Shown here piece after piece: positions 1 to 12,200 of a stretch of DNA of 47,285 bases. The translations under genes and the position numbers were made by a program. The DNA lies in NCBI RefSeq assembly GCF_001194135.2, contig NC_068983.1:1673050-1720334 (forward strand). Reading direction: 5' to 3'. This stretch comes from Octopus bimaculoides (lineage: Eukaryota). The notes below the pieces were generated by a model. That model saw nothing but the letters and a program-made list of their open reading frames with translations, ran no database searches and had not been told where the DNA came from. How positions within the stretch are numbered: position 1 is the first letter of the stretch; every line of letters starts with the position of its first letter.

Positions 1-80
1 TATACGGCAGGCTACTTTCAGTTTTCGTCTACGAAATCCACTCACCAGGATTTGGTCGGCCCGAGGCTAGAGTAGAAGAC
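1..80 (-). mobile_element. SINE family A, 3' part
   Basis: Reverse complement matches the gtcttctactatagc..cgggccgaccaaa..gtgagtggattt.gtagacg.aaactgaaag body seen at 7975-8137, 25198-25363 and 34060-34199. Confidence 0.85.
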
Positions 81-89
81 TCCAGTCGG

Positions 90-1020
90 TCGCCGACAAT
101 TTCACATTTAAAAGCTTGGGCCCGCTGCCACACACAGCCCGGTGGCAGCCCACAGACCCAAGCTCTTGTTAATTTCTTCCCACAATACGTGGAAAGAAAC
201 AGAATCTTTTGCCCTTCTAAGGGCTAGCTCGCAAATTTGCGAGCCAATTCAGGGGTGTCAAATAACAACCACACCGTTGCATATCTAACACCCCTGGAAA
301 TAAACTAAATAATTGGCAGATGTCCCACCAAATCTTTTTCCATTTCTGTCTTAAGAAAGACCGCGATGGTGTCGAGTAACTTAGCATAAGTCCTCAAAAC
401 CACCGTTTTTCATCTAAGATTTTTACCCATTGCTTGGGTGGGATGATTTCCCACTCCAACGCAGTGTTCAATTTCTCTGCCATGCTTTGAAGAAAATGTC
501 CAGAAATAACAACAAAAGTCTAAACAAAGTTAAAAAACAGTTCGAAGGAAGACAAAGAAGAACAGAAAAACAAAGAAGAAAAAAAAAGCAAAGAAGACAG
601 TTCAAAACAAAGCAACACACAACTCCGGCCACCCGGTACTCCTGGCGATAAGATACTCCACAGGTACTCCAAAAGTGAACAGGGACACAGCAGCTGAAAC
701 AGAGCTTTAAGAAGAAAACACCACAGTAAAAATTCAGATAATTTTTTCACAATTTTTGGAGGCAGGATACGCTCCCGAATCAACACAATTCTCGCAATTA
801 AATGAAGCGGCGCGACTATAGGCAAACAAATGCCAGGAAATCAGTAAGGATTTCTTGTTTGCAAAAAGTGGACAACAAACAACAAACCCCCACTGAATCC
901 CCCACCGAAACAAATGTCTTACCTTACAGTTGCGCCTTCACAGTTCTTCAATTCAAGACCGCTGCAAAGGAATATCTTAACAACATCAGAGCAGAAGTAA
1001 AACTAACGCATGCGCGTAAG
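90..1020 (-). mobile_element. Probable 5' UTR plus decayed ORF1 N-terminus of a non-LTR retrotransposon
   Basis: Minus ATG at 483 gives MAEKLNTALEWEIIPPKQWVKILDEK, then after a frameshift VVLRTYAKLLDTIAVFLKTEMEKDLVGHLPII*FISRGVRYATVWLLFDTPELARKFAS*PLEG, then in another frame KKLTRAWVCGLPPG. It reads like an RRM-type LINE ORF1. Family assignment is by resemblance only. Confidence 0.4.
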
Positions 1021-1807
1021 CAAGCTATTTACCACACAGCCACTCATGGGCCTCATATATATGTGTGATTGTGTGTGTGTGTGTTCATTGGTGATTTTAG
1101 CATCGCTGTATCTCGATTAAAATGCTTTATGATTGTTAGGGATTTAGTTAGGGAAATTTAGGCCGTTGGAATCCATACAACTGTACAAAATTAGTCACCA
1201 TACAGAGCTCAATAGAATAAGTGAATGTGTAAGTCGTGCAGGGAATACAATCAAATAAAACTAAGCTTATAACAGTAAAATAACAAACAAGAAATATATA
1301 TAACTTATATAATTTTAATAACAAATGTTGCGTCTTACATAAAAGTATATAAGTATTTATTTCCCATAATTGCTTGTTTGTATTGTTTGCTAGCGGTCGC
1401 CTAAAACCACATACACAGCGTTTGATGCTACAGTATGCAACATTTACGTAACACAGAAAAATGGCGACTCCATTTAGTGTAAGTGGTACAGAGTTATTAT
1501 ATCCAGAAAGGTTGTAAAGAACATAAAGTATATTAGAGTAATATCGTGCAGAACTAAAAGCAATATAATTTTATAATGTTGTTGTTAAGAAAATAAAGTA
1601 TATTTTAAGATGAGTGCTGAGAACGTGATGTAAATATAGATGCAAGAGAAGTAATCGCTTACACCGGAAATATAAGAAAATAGTTTTGAAGAAGCATCGG
1701 AATTAACGACGGTGTATCACAGCTCAGCTATACATCGTCTATACGACGCATCTTTTCTGTCATTATTCATACATATCCATGCTCATATATACATACCTTT
1801 ATATATA

Positions 1808-1816
1808 TGTGTGTGT

Positions 1817-1872
<56 letters not shown>
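1808..1872. repeat. (TG)n microsatellite
   Basis: Directly visible; explains the CVCV ORFs. Confidence 0.95.
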
Positions 1873-1878
<6 letters not shown>

Positions 1879-2099
1879 ACTTCGTATTTGGATTTGGTTT
1901 TTGGAAGATACATTCATACATACATGAGCACACACACTGACCTACACACATGCGCACAAACAAACACAAACAACAAAGCTCGGATAACGCACATAGTCAA
2001 CGACTATCGAAAAAGTTGCAACCAAATAATAGGAAAAGTAAATAAGTAAATGAGTGGAAAATTTACCGATGAGTGTGTTAAATAATAAGGCACTAAGAG

Positions 2100-2230
2100 A
2101 GAATGACTAACCCCAAACACAAGCAGAATATATTTATATGCTTTATTAAAAATTAGCTGAAATATCACAAAAACTGTTACTCAGAGTTTCACGCTCCCGT
2201 TCGTCGGAGAGTTTTGCAAATGAAACAGGG
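2100..2230 (-). mobile_element. PLE-like terminus with degenerate hammerhead-like motif
   Basis: Minus strand 2212-2179 reads ACTCT CCGACGA ACG GGAG CGT GAAA CTC TGAGT (helix I, core, helix II, GAAA). C replaces U4. Confidence 0.4.
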
Positions 2231-2474
2231 AAGATGGATTATAAGAGAATTTATTATGTATGTATATATGTGTGTGTGTGCTTAGAAGATATATATTAGT
2301 AGCTACTTCGAAATTTCGGTTTACTTCTCTCCGTCAAATACTCTACAAAAAGTTATTGAGTAATCCTCTGTTTAATGTTAAATTATTTTTCAATGTGTAA
2401 CTTGAAAGAAAACAAAGCATATATTATATTCTATTATACACAAACATACATACATACATACATTTACATATATA

Positions 2475-2517
<43 letters not shown>

Positions 2518-2829
2518 GCAAGGAGAACATGATTCTGCCATTATAGGCATTACATAAAAATACGATGAAAAATGAAGATAGGTTTTTTGCTAATGGCGTT
2601 TTTGTAAATCTTACTAGAAAATTTCCGCCCCCCCCACCCTCCACACCAATCCACACATATATACAAACACATACAGCCANNNNNNNNNNTTTTTGTAAAT
2701 CTTACTAGAAAATTTCCGCCCCCCCCACCCTCCACACCAATCCACACATATATACAAACACATACAGCCAAAGAAACATACTCATGCACAAACACACCTG
2801 AACACGAACACACATAGATACACCAACTC

Positions 2830-2835
2830 ACACAA

Positions 2836-2897
<62 letters not shown>

Positions 2898-2903
2898 ACA
2901 CAC
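2830..2903. repeat. (CA)n microsatellite
   Basis: Directly visible. Confidence 0.95.
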
Positions 2904-3681
2904 ATTTGTCCACTGTGTTCATTGAAATTATGCTGAATCATGACATTTGCTAATTCTTATAGACATATGTCTGTCCCGATCACCAGTCGATACACAAAGC
3001 GTATAACATGAAAAAGAACACATGCACTTTTATGTGCTGGTTATAAGGTAATTTCCACTTTCTGTCGTTAACAAGTCGAAGTGTACAAAAATAAATCCGG
3101 TACAAGATGAATGTTTGACAAGATATTTCTTTTGTATTTGATTTACTTCTAATTTTTATCCGTTTAATACGATTGTTAACAAAACGATTGAAGACATTTG
3201 GTAAATATTTCCCACGATTGATACTCTATTAATATATTTCCCATCCAGCCGTTCACACAAATGGTACACTTATTGAGATTTTCGATCTTAATCACAATGT
3301 GATTAATGTGAGCGTCACATTTCCAAGAATATAGCCACCTATAGGACAGTTGTTTTGCAAATTTTTCATCTTCTTTTCGAATGAAATAGCAAGTCCATCT
3401 CATTCTGCAAAGTTTCCAAATTAGATGCTTCGTGTTATTTTCTTTGCACCGCTGATGCCGAATTTAGTTTGCAGTTTCCCTCACAAAAGCAGACTCATAG
3501 TTCAAACATGAAGTGAACTGATTGGAGAAGCTGTAACCCTTAAAGCTTGACCTCATGGCGATACTTTCGGATCAACACAAGGCTATTTCAGAACAGAGTT
3601 GACATGGTAAAATAATTTCATTAATTGCATTGTGACGAGTATACGAAAGGTCACATCTGAGATGCAACGATAAGTGTGTGT

Positions 3682-3792
<111 letters not shown>

Positions 3793-4180
3793 TATAGAAT
3801 CAAGCCACTGAGTTGTGCTGTTGCGTATATAAATACGCTTAGAAAAGATTTGAAAGCGAAGAAAAATGGAAGTCCTTGTGAAGTTTATCACACGTTAAAA
3901 AGGGGGACCATTTTACACTGTTACTGTTATAGGATCACTGAACAGAATAGGAAGATTCAGTAAGAACTATGAACTTGATTTATAAAGCAGTCGAGATCCA
4001 TAACATACTGTTAATTGCACGAATTTTGTATATCAAAACTCGTACAATCTGGGATCTATTTCTCATATAAAAACGCATAACTCTTTTTGTAACGTTCCTC
4101 CTTCTCTACCCTTAATTTCAATCTCTTTATTTCTGTCCCCTCACTCTCTCTCCCTCTCTATATGTGTGTGTGTGTGTGTA

Positions 4181-5064
4181 CAGAGTGTAGTCAATAAACT
4201 GTCGTCTAAATTACGCAAAAATGAAAATAACACTGACATCTCATTTTAACAGTTATATTTACCAAAATTACATAAAAATATCTTGAAATACTAAAGAATA
4301 AATTTATTTAATAAAATGGCCATTGGCTTCAGTCCCGGCCTCCGGACGACTTCGGAATATCCTGCAACTCTTCTGGACTGTTTAAGTAGGTGAACGCTGC
4401 CATAACCCTTGCCTTCAGTTCATCTTTGATGTTACAAGGACTTTTGTTGGTCTCTTGCTCACCTGCACCCCACACATGATAATCAGGGTGGGGGGGTCAG
4501 TGTTGGGAGTAAGGTACCCAGATGTTAGAGGTGATGTGGTCGAAGAAATTGTGTGACAGCCATGACTGGGTTCTCCTGCTTGTTTGGTAAGGTGCAAAGT
4601 CCTTTTACCAGATACAGGTTCTTCCAGCAGCCACCCACTTGACCCAGGGCAGCACTCCCTCCTCCAGGCACTTGATGTAGGCCTCCGTGTTGAGTGTGAG
4701 GGTGTGTGGGAAGATGAATGGAGGCATAACGTCGCCATCACTAGTGATCACTTCAAACACCATGATGTTGCCTGGATGTTTGATATTTATATTTCTCCGT
4801 ACATTTCTTCAGATTTCACTGTCATCCCATTGACACGCAAACTCTCTGAAATATTCGCAAGGGAGCTTCCGTTGCGAATGCCAAGCAGTAAGGCATGTTG
4901 TTTTCAAATTTTTGGCAGAGTTAGTTGCGTCATGGTGATATGTTTCTCACAGACGGTGCCCAACTGACACGACTATGCTCTGTCGTCGACAAAATAAAAC
5001 ACAAACAAAGAACACGCGCGGAATTAAAACTATACTATGGCGACATTTTACCCATCGCATGCTG
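4181..5064 (-). mobile_element. Internally deleted Tc1/mariner (maT/DD37D-like) DNA transposon
   Basis: Minus translation gives IKHPGNIMVFEVITSDGDVMPPFIFPHTLTLNTEAYIKCLEEGVLPWV... and IW*KDFAPYQTSRRTQSWLSHNFFDHITSNIWVPYSQH*PPHPDYHVWGA...KDELKARVMAAF. There are 38 codons between the second and third D, with a C-run that may add one. TA flanks both ends (4179-80, 5065-66) and the ends form weak TIRs (CAG...TAAA..TGTCG). Confidence 0.85.
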
Positions 5065-5378
5065 TATGTTTACATACATACATACATATATATTTATACA
5101 TATATGTATATATATATAGATATATATGTATGTATATAGATATACAGACACACATATTTATATACGCACGTACACACACACACAGATACACACATGTATA
5201 TGGACACTCACACATAAGTATGTCTTCTTACATGTTTCTCTCATCTTTGAAAATATAGATGTATATACATATATATATATATACACATCAGTGTGCGCGT
5301 GTGTGTATTTTGTGTGTATATATCTGCGCGCGTGTGTCACGTGTGTGTATATGTCTGTACGCGGGTGTATGTGTCTAC

Positions 5379-5446
<68 letters not shown>

Positions 5447-5912
5447 CTGCGCACCTGTGCCTGCAAACACGCATAAACGGTAGGCTGTGTCATGCAGATA
5501 AGCGAGCAATGCTTATTTTGTGTCGCAAATAATATCATGTATTGAACATTTCCTTCAACAACTCAAATGCAAGATCTCTTGCCTGAAGACTGAAGCTGTA
5601 CTCATCCTATAATGGAAGCAATCTACAAACATTATTATTGATCACCGAGCCCATAGAAACAGATGTTGGGTCAGTTATACGTTTCTTTAATCCCTTTAAT
5701 TCCCTATATCATTTGTATTGTGTATAACTCGGAAATGTTTGTATGTTAACATATATACATTTTTGTATTACATGTAATTCATATTACTGATATGTTGATC
5801 TGTCTAAATTGCTTATCTCTACATTTACGTTTAAACCCGCTCAAGTTTAAATCTCTTGAGCACTACTAAGCGTATTCTATACAGGGAATGTCTGACTGTC
5901 ATTGTCATATAT

Positions 5913-5978
<66 letters not shown>

Positions 5979-5990
5979 TGNNNNNNNNNN

Positions 5991-6023
<33 letters not shown>

Positions 6024-6649
6024 TGTATGTATGTATGTATGCATGTATGTATATATATGTATGTATATATAAATATATATGGATATATATATACACATAT
6101 ATATATTTGAACTTACACTCTACGTATAATTACATACATGCATATTAATGTATGTACATATTTATGAGTGTAGGTGCGTGTTTGTATGTGTACAGACACA
6201 CACGCGCGCGCACACACATATATATGCAAAAATACGCACACAAATATGTATATAGCAGTGTATGTTTGTACGTATGTATGTCTGAATGCTTTTATGTATT
6301 TGTTTCCATGTATGTCTATATGTATGCATGCATGTGTATAATAAAGCGGCGTGGCGGGAGAGAGATGCAGACACACTGAGTCAGGGAATAAATAAGAATG
6401 CAACAAATCACCATTCCGCCATAAAGTCTAAACATATTTATACAATAAATCGTAATGGTTTTGATTTGTATTTTAACTTCGCTTTCTGTTTAAGCAGTAA
6501 AAGGCTCCACTGCATGGTTTTATTACAGTTGTTACTTCAATTACAAACATTTATGTATTAAATAGGTTTTTATTCAATTACATTATCCCATTCTAAGTGG
6601 AAAATTGTATTTGTAAAGCACATATATATAAATACATACATACATATAT

Positions 6650-6653
6650 ACAA

Positions 6654-6740
<87 letters not shown>
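6650..6740. repeat. (TA)n microsatellite
   Basis: Directly visible; one of many. Confidence 0.95.
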
Positions 6741-6743
<3 letters not shown>

Positions 6744-7555
6744 GCAGGCATATATGTATTTATAAATATGCATCTATAAACGCACACATACACACGCCTG
6801 ATCATATACAAGCACACACGAACGCATACTCATACAGTGTGCGTTCGTGTGTAGGTATACATAAAGTCGAATTAATGTTAAATTGAAAGTTGAATCCTCA
6901 ATATTTTCATCAAAATTCTTATTTATGAATTATTCGCAATAAAAATATGTTCATTGTGTCTTCGAAGTTTAGACAGTCTCTCTATGTCATGCAATCCGTA
7001 ACTTTGAATTTAGTGTGGATCTTTACAGACTCACACGCGCGCGCGCTCACGTGCATATACATGTGTGTATGCATGTAAATATATATAAATGCATGTGTAT
7101 ATATATCAATATAATGCAAAATTCACTTGAAATCATGTCCATGTATACCAGTCAGACGAATTACTTCAAAAGAAAACAGACATCTCCAAGTCCAACAAAG
7201 TGGCCGGTAAAGGGGTCCATTTCAAGTTAAACAGATATATAAAGATCCCATGCTTTGTAGAAATCCATGTATAAATTAAAGACATATTTGGTACATGCTA
7301 CACCGTCGTCCATTCAGTGAAGAGACAAGAAAAGATAGCTCGAAATATCGCTACACCTGTTTCAGTAGCGTTGTTATTTATTTAACAATGCATTACAAAA
7401 CGTACGTTATTACATAAATGCACAATAAGTTTTTTATGGAATATTATGCATATTATTATTCATTCTCTTTTAAATAACCAGGCATTTAAAATGCATATAG
7501 CTATGTTTTAAATTGCCCTCTCTTATGTGTGGTACTTCCCAGCAATGTGACTTGT

Positions 7556-7665
7556 GTTCAGATCCACTGGGCGGCACTTTGAGTAAGTCTTCAATCAAAC
7601 AGCCCCAGCTTAACCAAAACGTTGCAAGTGGAATTAGGTCGACGGAAATTGAAAGGAGTCCATCA
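7556..7665 (+). mobile_element. SINE family A, degenerate
   Basis: gttcagatccactgggcggcactttgagtaagt...gacggaaattgaaaggagtcc aligns by eye to the family A body. Confidence 0.6.
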
Positions 7666-7703
7666 TTGCTGTCTCTGTTTCTGCTTGTCTCCCTCCCCCT
7701 CTT

Positions 7704-7747
<44 letters not shown>

Positions 7748-7772
7748 ACACACACACAATACATATATACAT

Positions 7773-7808
<36 letters not shown>

Positions 7809-7844
7809 GAAAGAAGGTTTGAAAATGCGAACTTTACTTTGTTT

Positions 7845-8137
<293 letters not shown>

Positions 8138-9114
8138 TATATATATATATATATATATGTATAATAAAAAATAAATGCAGTAAAACGCATATAATAAATA
8201 AGTTCCTTTAATTCCGACACACGTTTCGAAAATTACATACACTCTATTCCAAAGGAATAAAAGATGTTATAATATATGTAATTTTCTCTTCGGGGAACCA
8301 TTCTTTAAATGCAAGACTTGTACCGAATGTGAGAATTATGTATTTTGCTACCTTGATAACTATTAACATATTTACCTTATCGAAGTTTTTCAACTAAGAT
8401 AATATAAATACAGTCATCCGGTGCTTATTTTTATCTAAGACATTTATATTATCATATGAAAATATAATCAAAGTGTGACTGACATCTGCATGTAAAACTG
8501 TAGTTAAAAATTACTGCTAATTAATTGAATCAAGTGAGCAATATATAGCTCATTAGAAAGATTTATGTGCTAGAAATTTAAAAAAAGCCGACTTGAACTA
8601 TCATCCAAGTTATCAACAACAGGTTTCCTATCGGTGCCTTCGGCTGCCTCTTGTCCAGAATGTTTACAACATTGAAGTCAGGTTTCCTTTTTGTAGAAAA
8701 CTTCTCTTCCTTTTTCATTCTCAAAAATCTGTAAGTGCTACCTTTCCACCTGTCATTAAGTCATTGATCAATAAATATATAATTACGCTCGTTTGAAACA
8801 TTGAGGCCAATACTAGAGAACGTTCTGGATAAGATTTGTATTTATTTAAACTTGTTTGGCGAAAGAGACTGAAGCGTATTGCTGAATGAGATATGGGATA
8901 ATAACTAAACTGGTGTATAATTTTATACATGGCTAAGCATGAATAAGCAGCAGATTTAATACACATAAAATATATCTTCAACACATCAGTATTTAGATTT
9001 CATTATCTATAATGAGATTAATTAAATTTAGCTCATTATTTTATTTGCCTCTGTCAATATATGAATGGAAATTTCCAAAGGTTGTTTAGGCTCCGCAGAA
9101 GCAATATATTCCAC

Positions 9115-9162
<48 letters not shown>

Positions 9163-9227
9163 CATCAATGTGTTATATTATGTTCTTAATTCAATCGATT
9201 CTAAATGTTTGCTTCATAGCAAGTATA

Positions 9228-9354
9228 ATCTTTATAGTTCTATGTTTAAGAGATTAGGAATTATTTATGTTATTTAGATTTGACGGATATTTGTTCTCAT
9301 CTTGTTTGTTGCAAACACAACATTTCGGCTGATATACCCTCCAGCTTTCATCAG
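9228..9354 (-). mobile_element. Inverted copy of hammerhead-containing tail
   Basis: Reverse complement of 10625-10720: CTGATGA A AGCTG GAGGGTATAT CAGCC GAAA TGTT GTGTT..acaaacaagatgagaacaaatatccgtcaaat.taaataac. Confidence 0.9.
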
Positions 9355-9428
9355 GCATATGGCGTAGTGGTTAAGAGCACGGGCTACTAACACCAAGATT
9401 CCGAGTTCGATTCCAGGTAGTCACATGA
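9355..9428 (+). mobile_element. tRNA-derived Pol III SINE head (family C)
   Basis: A box TGGCGTAGTGG at 9360-9370 and B box GAGTTCGATTCC at 9403-9414, followed by (AAT)n. No convincing acceptor stem. Confidence 0.8.
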
Positions 9429-9476
9429 ATAATAATAATAATAGTGATAACAAATAACAAATAATAATTAATAATA

Positions 9477-10538
9477 AGTAGACGAACTTAACAGCTTAGA
9501 TAGAAAGACAAGAAAGTTGCTAACTAGATATGGGTCACTCGACCCAATAAGTGACACAGACAGACTGTATGTACCAAGTAAAAGAGGGGGAAGACGACTT
9601 ATTGGATACGAACACAGCCTTAGAGCAGAAGAAAACGACATAGCATGGTATGTAAAAAATGCCACAGAACCGCTATTATTACAAGTAGGAAGGTCAGACT
9701 TGCGTAGGATGAAAGATTGCAAAGATAAAGCACTACACAAGAAATTGAAAACGAATGAAACTGAAAATAGGAGGATAAAGAAAAGAATGCATGATCAATT
9801 TCATTGGGATGTTGAAGATAAGACAGACAGAGAAAAAAGATGGCTGTGGATGACTAAAAGTGATTTAAAACCGGAAACGGAGGCTCTAATCTGTGCTGCC
9901 CAGAGGAAGCACTAAGAACAAACTACATAAAATATAAAATAGACAACACATCGGGAAGTGATAGGTGCAGAATCTGTGGACAAAACGTTGAAACTGTATG
10001 GCATATTACCAGTCAATGTACGCCACTCGCTCAGAAGGAATATAAGAGACGCCACGACAATACAGTCAGGCTTGTCCATTGCGCAGTCTGCAAAAAATTG
10101 GTACGACCACAAACCTGAAGGCATCGTCGAAAATAGAAATGCAAAAATCCTATGGGATTTTATGATTCCGTGCGACCATGAGATAGAGAATAGGAAGCCG
10201 TATATAGTCTTAATTGAGAAAGAAAGCAAACTATGCTGGATCATAGATATAGCATGCCCAGCTGACAAGGTGTGCGATAAGAAAGAAAGAAAATTTGTGA
10301 GAGATATCACAGATTAACTTGGGAAGTTAAGCAGTTGTGGTCAATGAAAAAGATAGCAGTAGTACCAATAATTGTCGGAGCTCTGGGAACGCACATGGAA
10401 CAAATAGGGGCTTCAATAAGGGTGGAGCACTTGCAGTAAACAGCACTGCTTGGAAGCGCTCGAATACGTCGGAAGGTGCTATAAAATTAAGAGGTATTAC
10501 GTTAGTTCACTGGTAGTGAACAGCTGAAACTGTAGTAC
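9477..10538 (+). mobile_element. 5'-truncated R4/Dong-clade non-LTR retrotransposon (post-RT region, zinc knuckle, RLE endonuclease), decayed
   Basis: RLYVPSKRGGRRLIGYE...FHWDVEDKTDREKRWLWMTKSDLKPETEALICAAQ; then KNWYDHKPEGIVENRNAKILWDFMIPCDHEIENRKPYIVLIEKESKLCWIIDIACPAD (RHD/PD..D RLE motifs); C-terminal VVPIIVGALGT. Frameshifts present; flanked by (AAT)n on both sides. Confidence 0.9.
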
Positions 10539-10570
<32 letters not shown>

Positions 10571-10572
<2 letters not shown>

Positions 10573-10725
10573 TCAAAAAATACCTTAGGAATGAGAACGC
10601 AGGTTCAAAATTCCTCCAAGACACCTGATGAAGGCTGGAGGGTATATCAGCCGAAACGTGTTAAAAACAAACAAGATGAGAACAAATATCCGTCAAATGT
10701 AAATAACCTAAATAATGTATAATAT
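10571..10725 (+). mobile_element. 3' tail of family C element containing hammerhead motif
   Basis: Follows (AAT)n and shares about 95 bp with the inverted copy at 9228-9354. Confidence 0.8.
10620..10662 (+). ncRNA. Minimal type I hammerhead ribozyme-like motif (PLE type)
   Basis: GACAC CTGATGA A GGCTG GAGGGTATAT CAGCC GAAAC GTGTT: helix I GACAC/GTGTT and helix II GGCTG/CAGCC. This copy lacks the GTT triplet retained in the 9314-9354 copy. Confidence 0.7.
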
Positions 10726-11767
10726 TTATGTTATTCTGCAAGTTGTTATTATCATCATACACAGACCATTGTGGATTTCGTAATTTCATTTAAAATTTAA
10801 GGAACAAAGAGGTGAGATATTAATTTATATTAATACTGTTGCTTTCGTCTTTATCAGCGATTTTGAAATTCGTTCAGGTTGCAATATCTATGTACTTTAT
10901 TGTAGAATGAGTATCACACAGAAGAGGTGTGCCACAACTTTACTTCGACAAATATTTCACTACGGGGAAACGCATGGTTTTAAGTATATCCGCCATAGTA
11001 CATAAGCAGCTTATCATGCGACTTGGAAAGGTCACTATTAAAAGCCAAATACAAAATGCTTGATATTTGGATGCTACTGAATGTACACCACTTTCGTTTT
11101 ATTTATTATTTTAATATACATACCATCATATTGTCTACTTTATATGCATTAAAACTTCAGATATTCCGTTATTTATTAAAATCTAAATATAAAGCGGTTT
11201 TCTGTTGAATTTGTCTACTTTATTTTTAGAAAGTTGCCATACTTACGTTTAACTCCCATCAGATGTTCTTTCTCGCCTTCTACTCGAAATAATCTCTGTC
11301 ACATTTCTTCTCTGACTTCATCGACTTTTTTTACGACTGCAAATATTATGCTATGTGTTAGATCTGCGAACTGTTTGTCCATTTCCCCCATGTATTCTAT
11401 TTGTGTATTTATTGATAGTGGTTATTCACATTAAGTTCGTAACACACACTTAGATGTTTATAAGGCTCTTACTTGTATTTCTGTGTGCAGGAATGCAAAA
11501 CTATTTTTTCGACTTACCATTATTCTTCGTAGCGAACCTATTCCCGATTTATTTATATATTCGAATACTTTCTCCAGTCTCCGTTTCCTCCACCAAATCT
11601 GTGTGTTGGAGTTCATTAAGAGGTATCTTTTATAGTGTTGAACTTAACTTTCAGTTCAGAGATCGGGATACTGAATCGTATCATCACCATTATAGTGCAG
11701 ATGGCTGTTGCAGAGGAATAAACATCAATAATTTTAGGAAGAAACACTCATAGACATTATTACATTT

Positions 11768-11938
11768 CGGGATGGTCACTTTCTTTTTCTTGCCAGATAA
11801 GCACATGCACTATATATTCGTCCTTCACTTCTTTATTATTGTCCCGACAATGGACATAAAATAAGAACAATAATAAAGAAGTGAGGAACGAATATATAGT
11901 GCGTATGTTTATTTGGCAAGAAAAAAATGACCATCCCG
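11768..11938. repeat. Fold-back inverted repeat, about 75-bp arms and 23-bp loop
   Basis: cgggatggtca..ttcttgcca.ataa..gcactatatattcgt..ttcacttctttattattgt pairs with acaataataaagaagtgagg.acgaatatatagtgc..ttatttggcaagaa..tgaccatcccg. Confidence 0.9.
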
Positions 11939-12069
11939 CAATATAAAAATATCTGTTTCAATACACGATTTCATATCAAGAACCTTGGAAAGCAAATTCG
12001 TACTCTTAGATAGTATAACAGAAATGAGAAAGCATCATGTTTAATATAGTGGTAACTGAATATTATGTT

Positions 12070-12200
12070 CTCGAATTGGCAGAAGTAATTGGGTGTTAGA
12101 TGAAATGTTACGTGGTAATTCCAGTACCGACTCTGCGTCCTGAGTTCAAATCTGAGACTCTATTTTTAGCTTTCAACATTTAGCTTTCGATAACAAATAT
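12070..12200 (+). mobile_element. SINE family B, degenerate
   Basis: ttggcagaagt...gatgaaatg...ctgagttcaaat resembles the head at 46978. Confidence 0.5.

Noticed and set aside
2599-2770. 81-bp exact tandem duplicate
   Set aside because: The two copies flank a 10-N gap (2680-2689); this is an unmerged contig overlap, not biology.
3630-3655. TGTGACGAGTATACGAAAGGTCACA as a hammerhead
   Set aside because: No C3 and no helix II loop; more simply a short hairpin.
9355-9428. Functional tRNA gene
   Set aside because: A and B boxes are present, but there is no acceptor-stem closure or T-run terminator; it continues into (AAT)n, so it is a SINE head.
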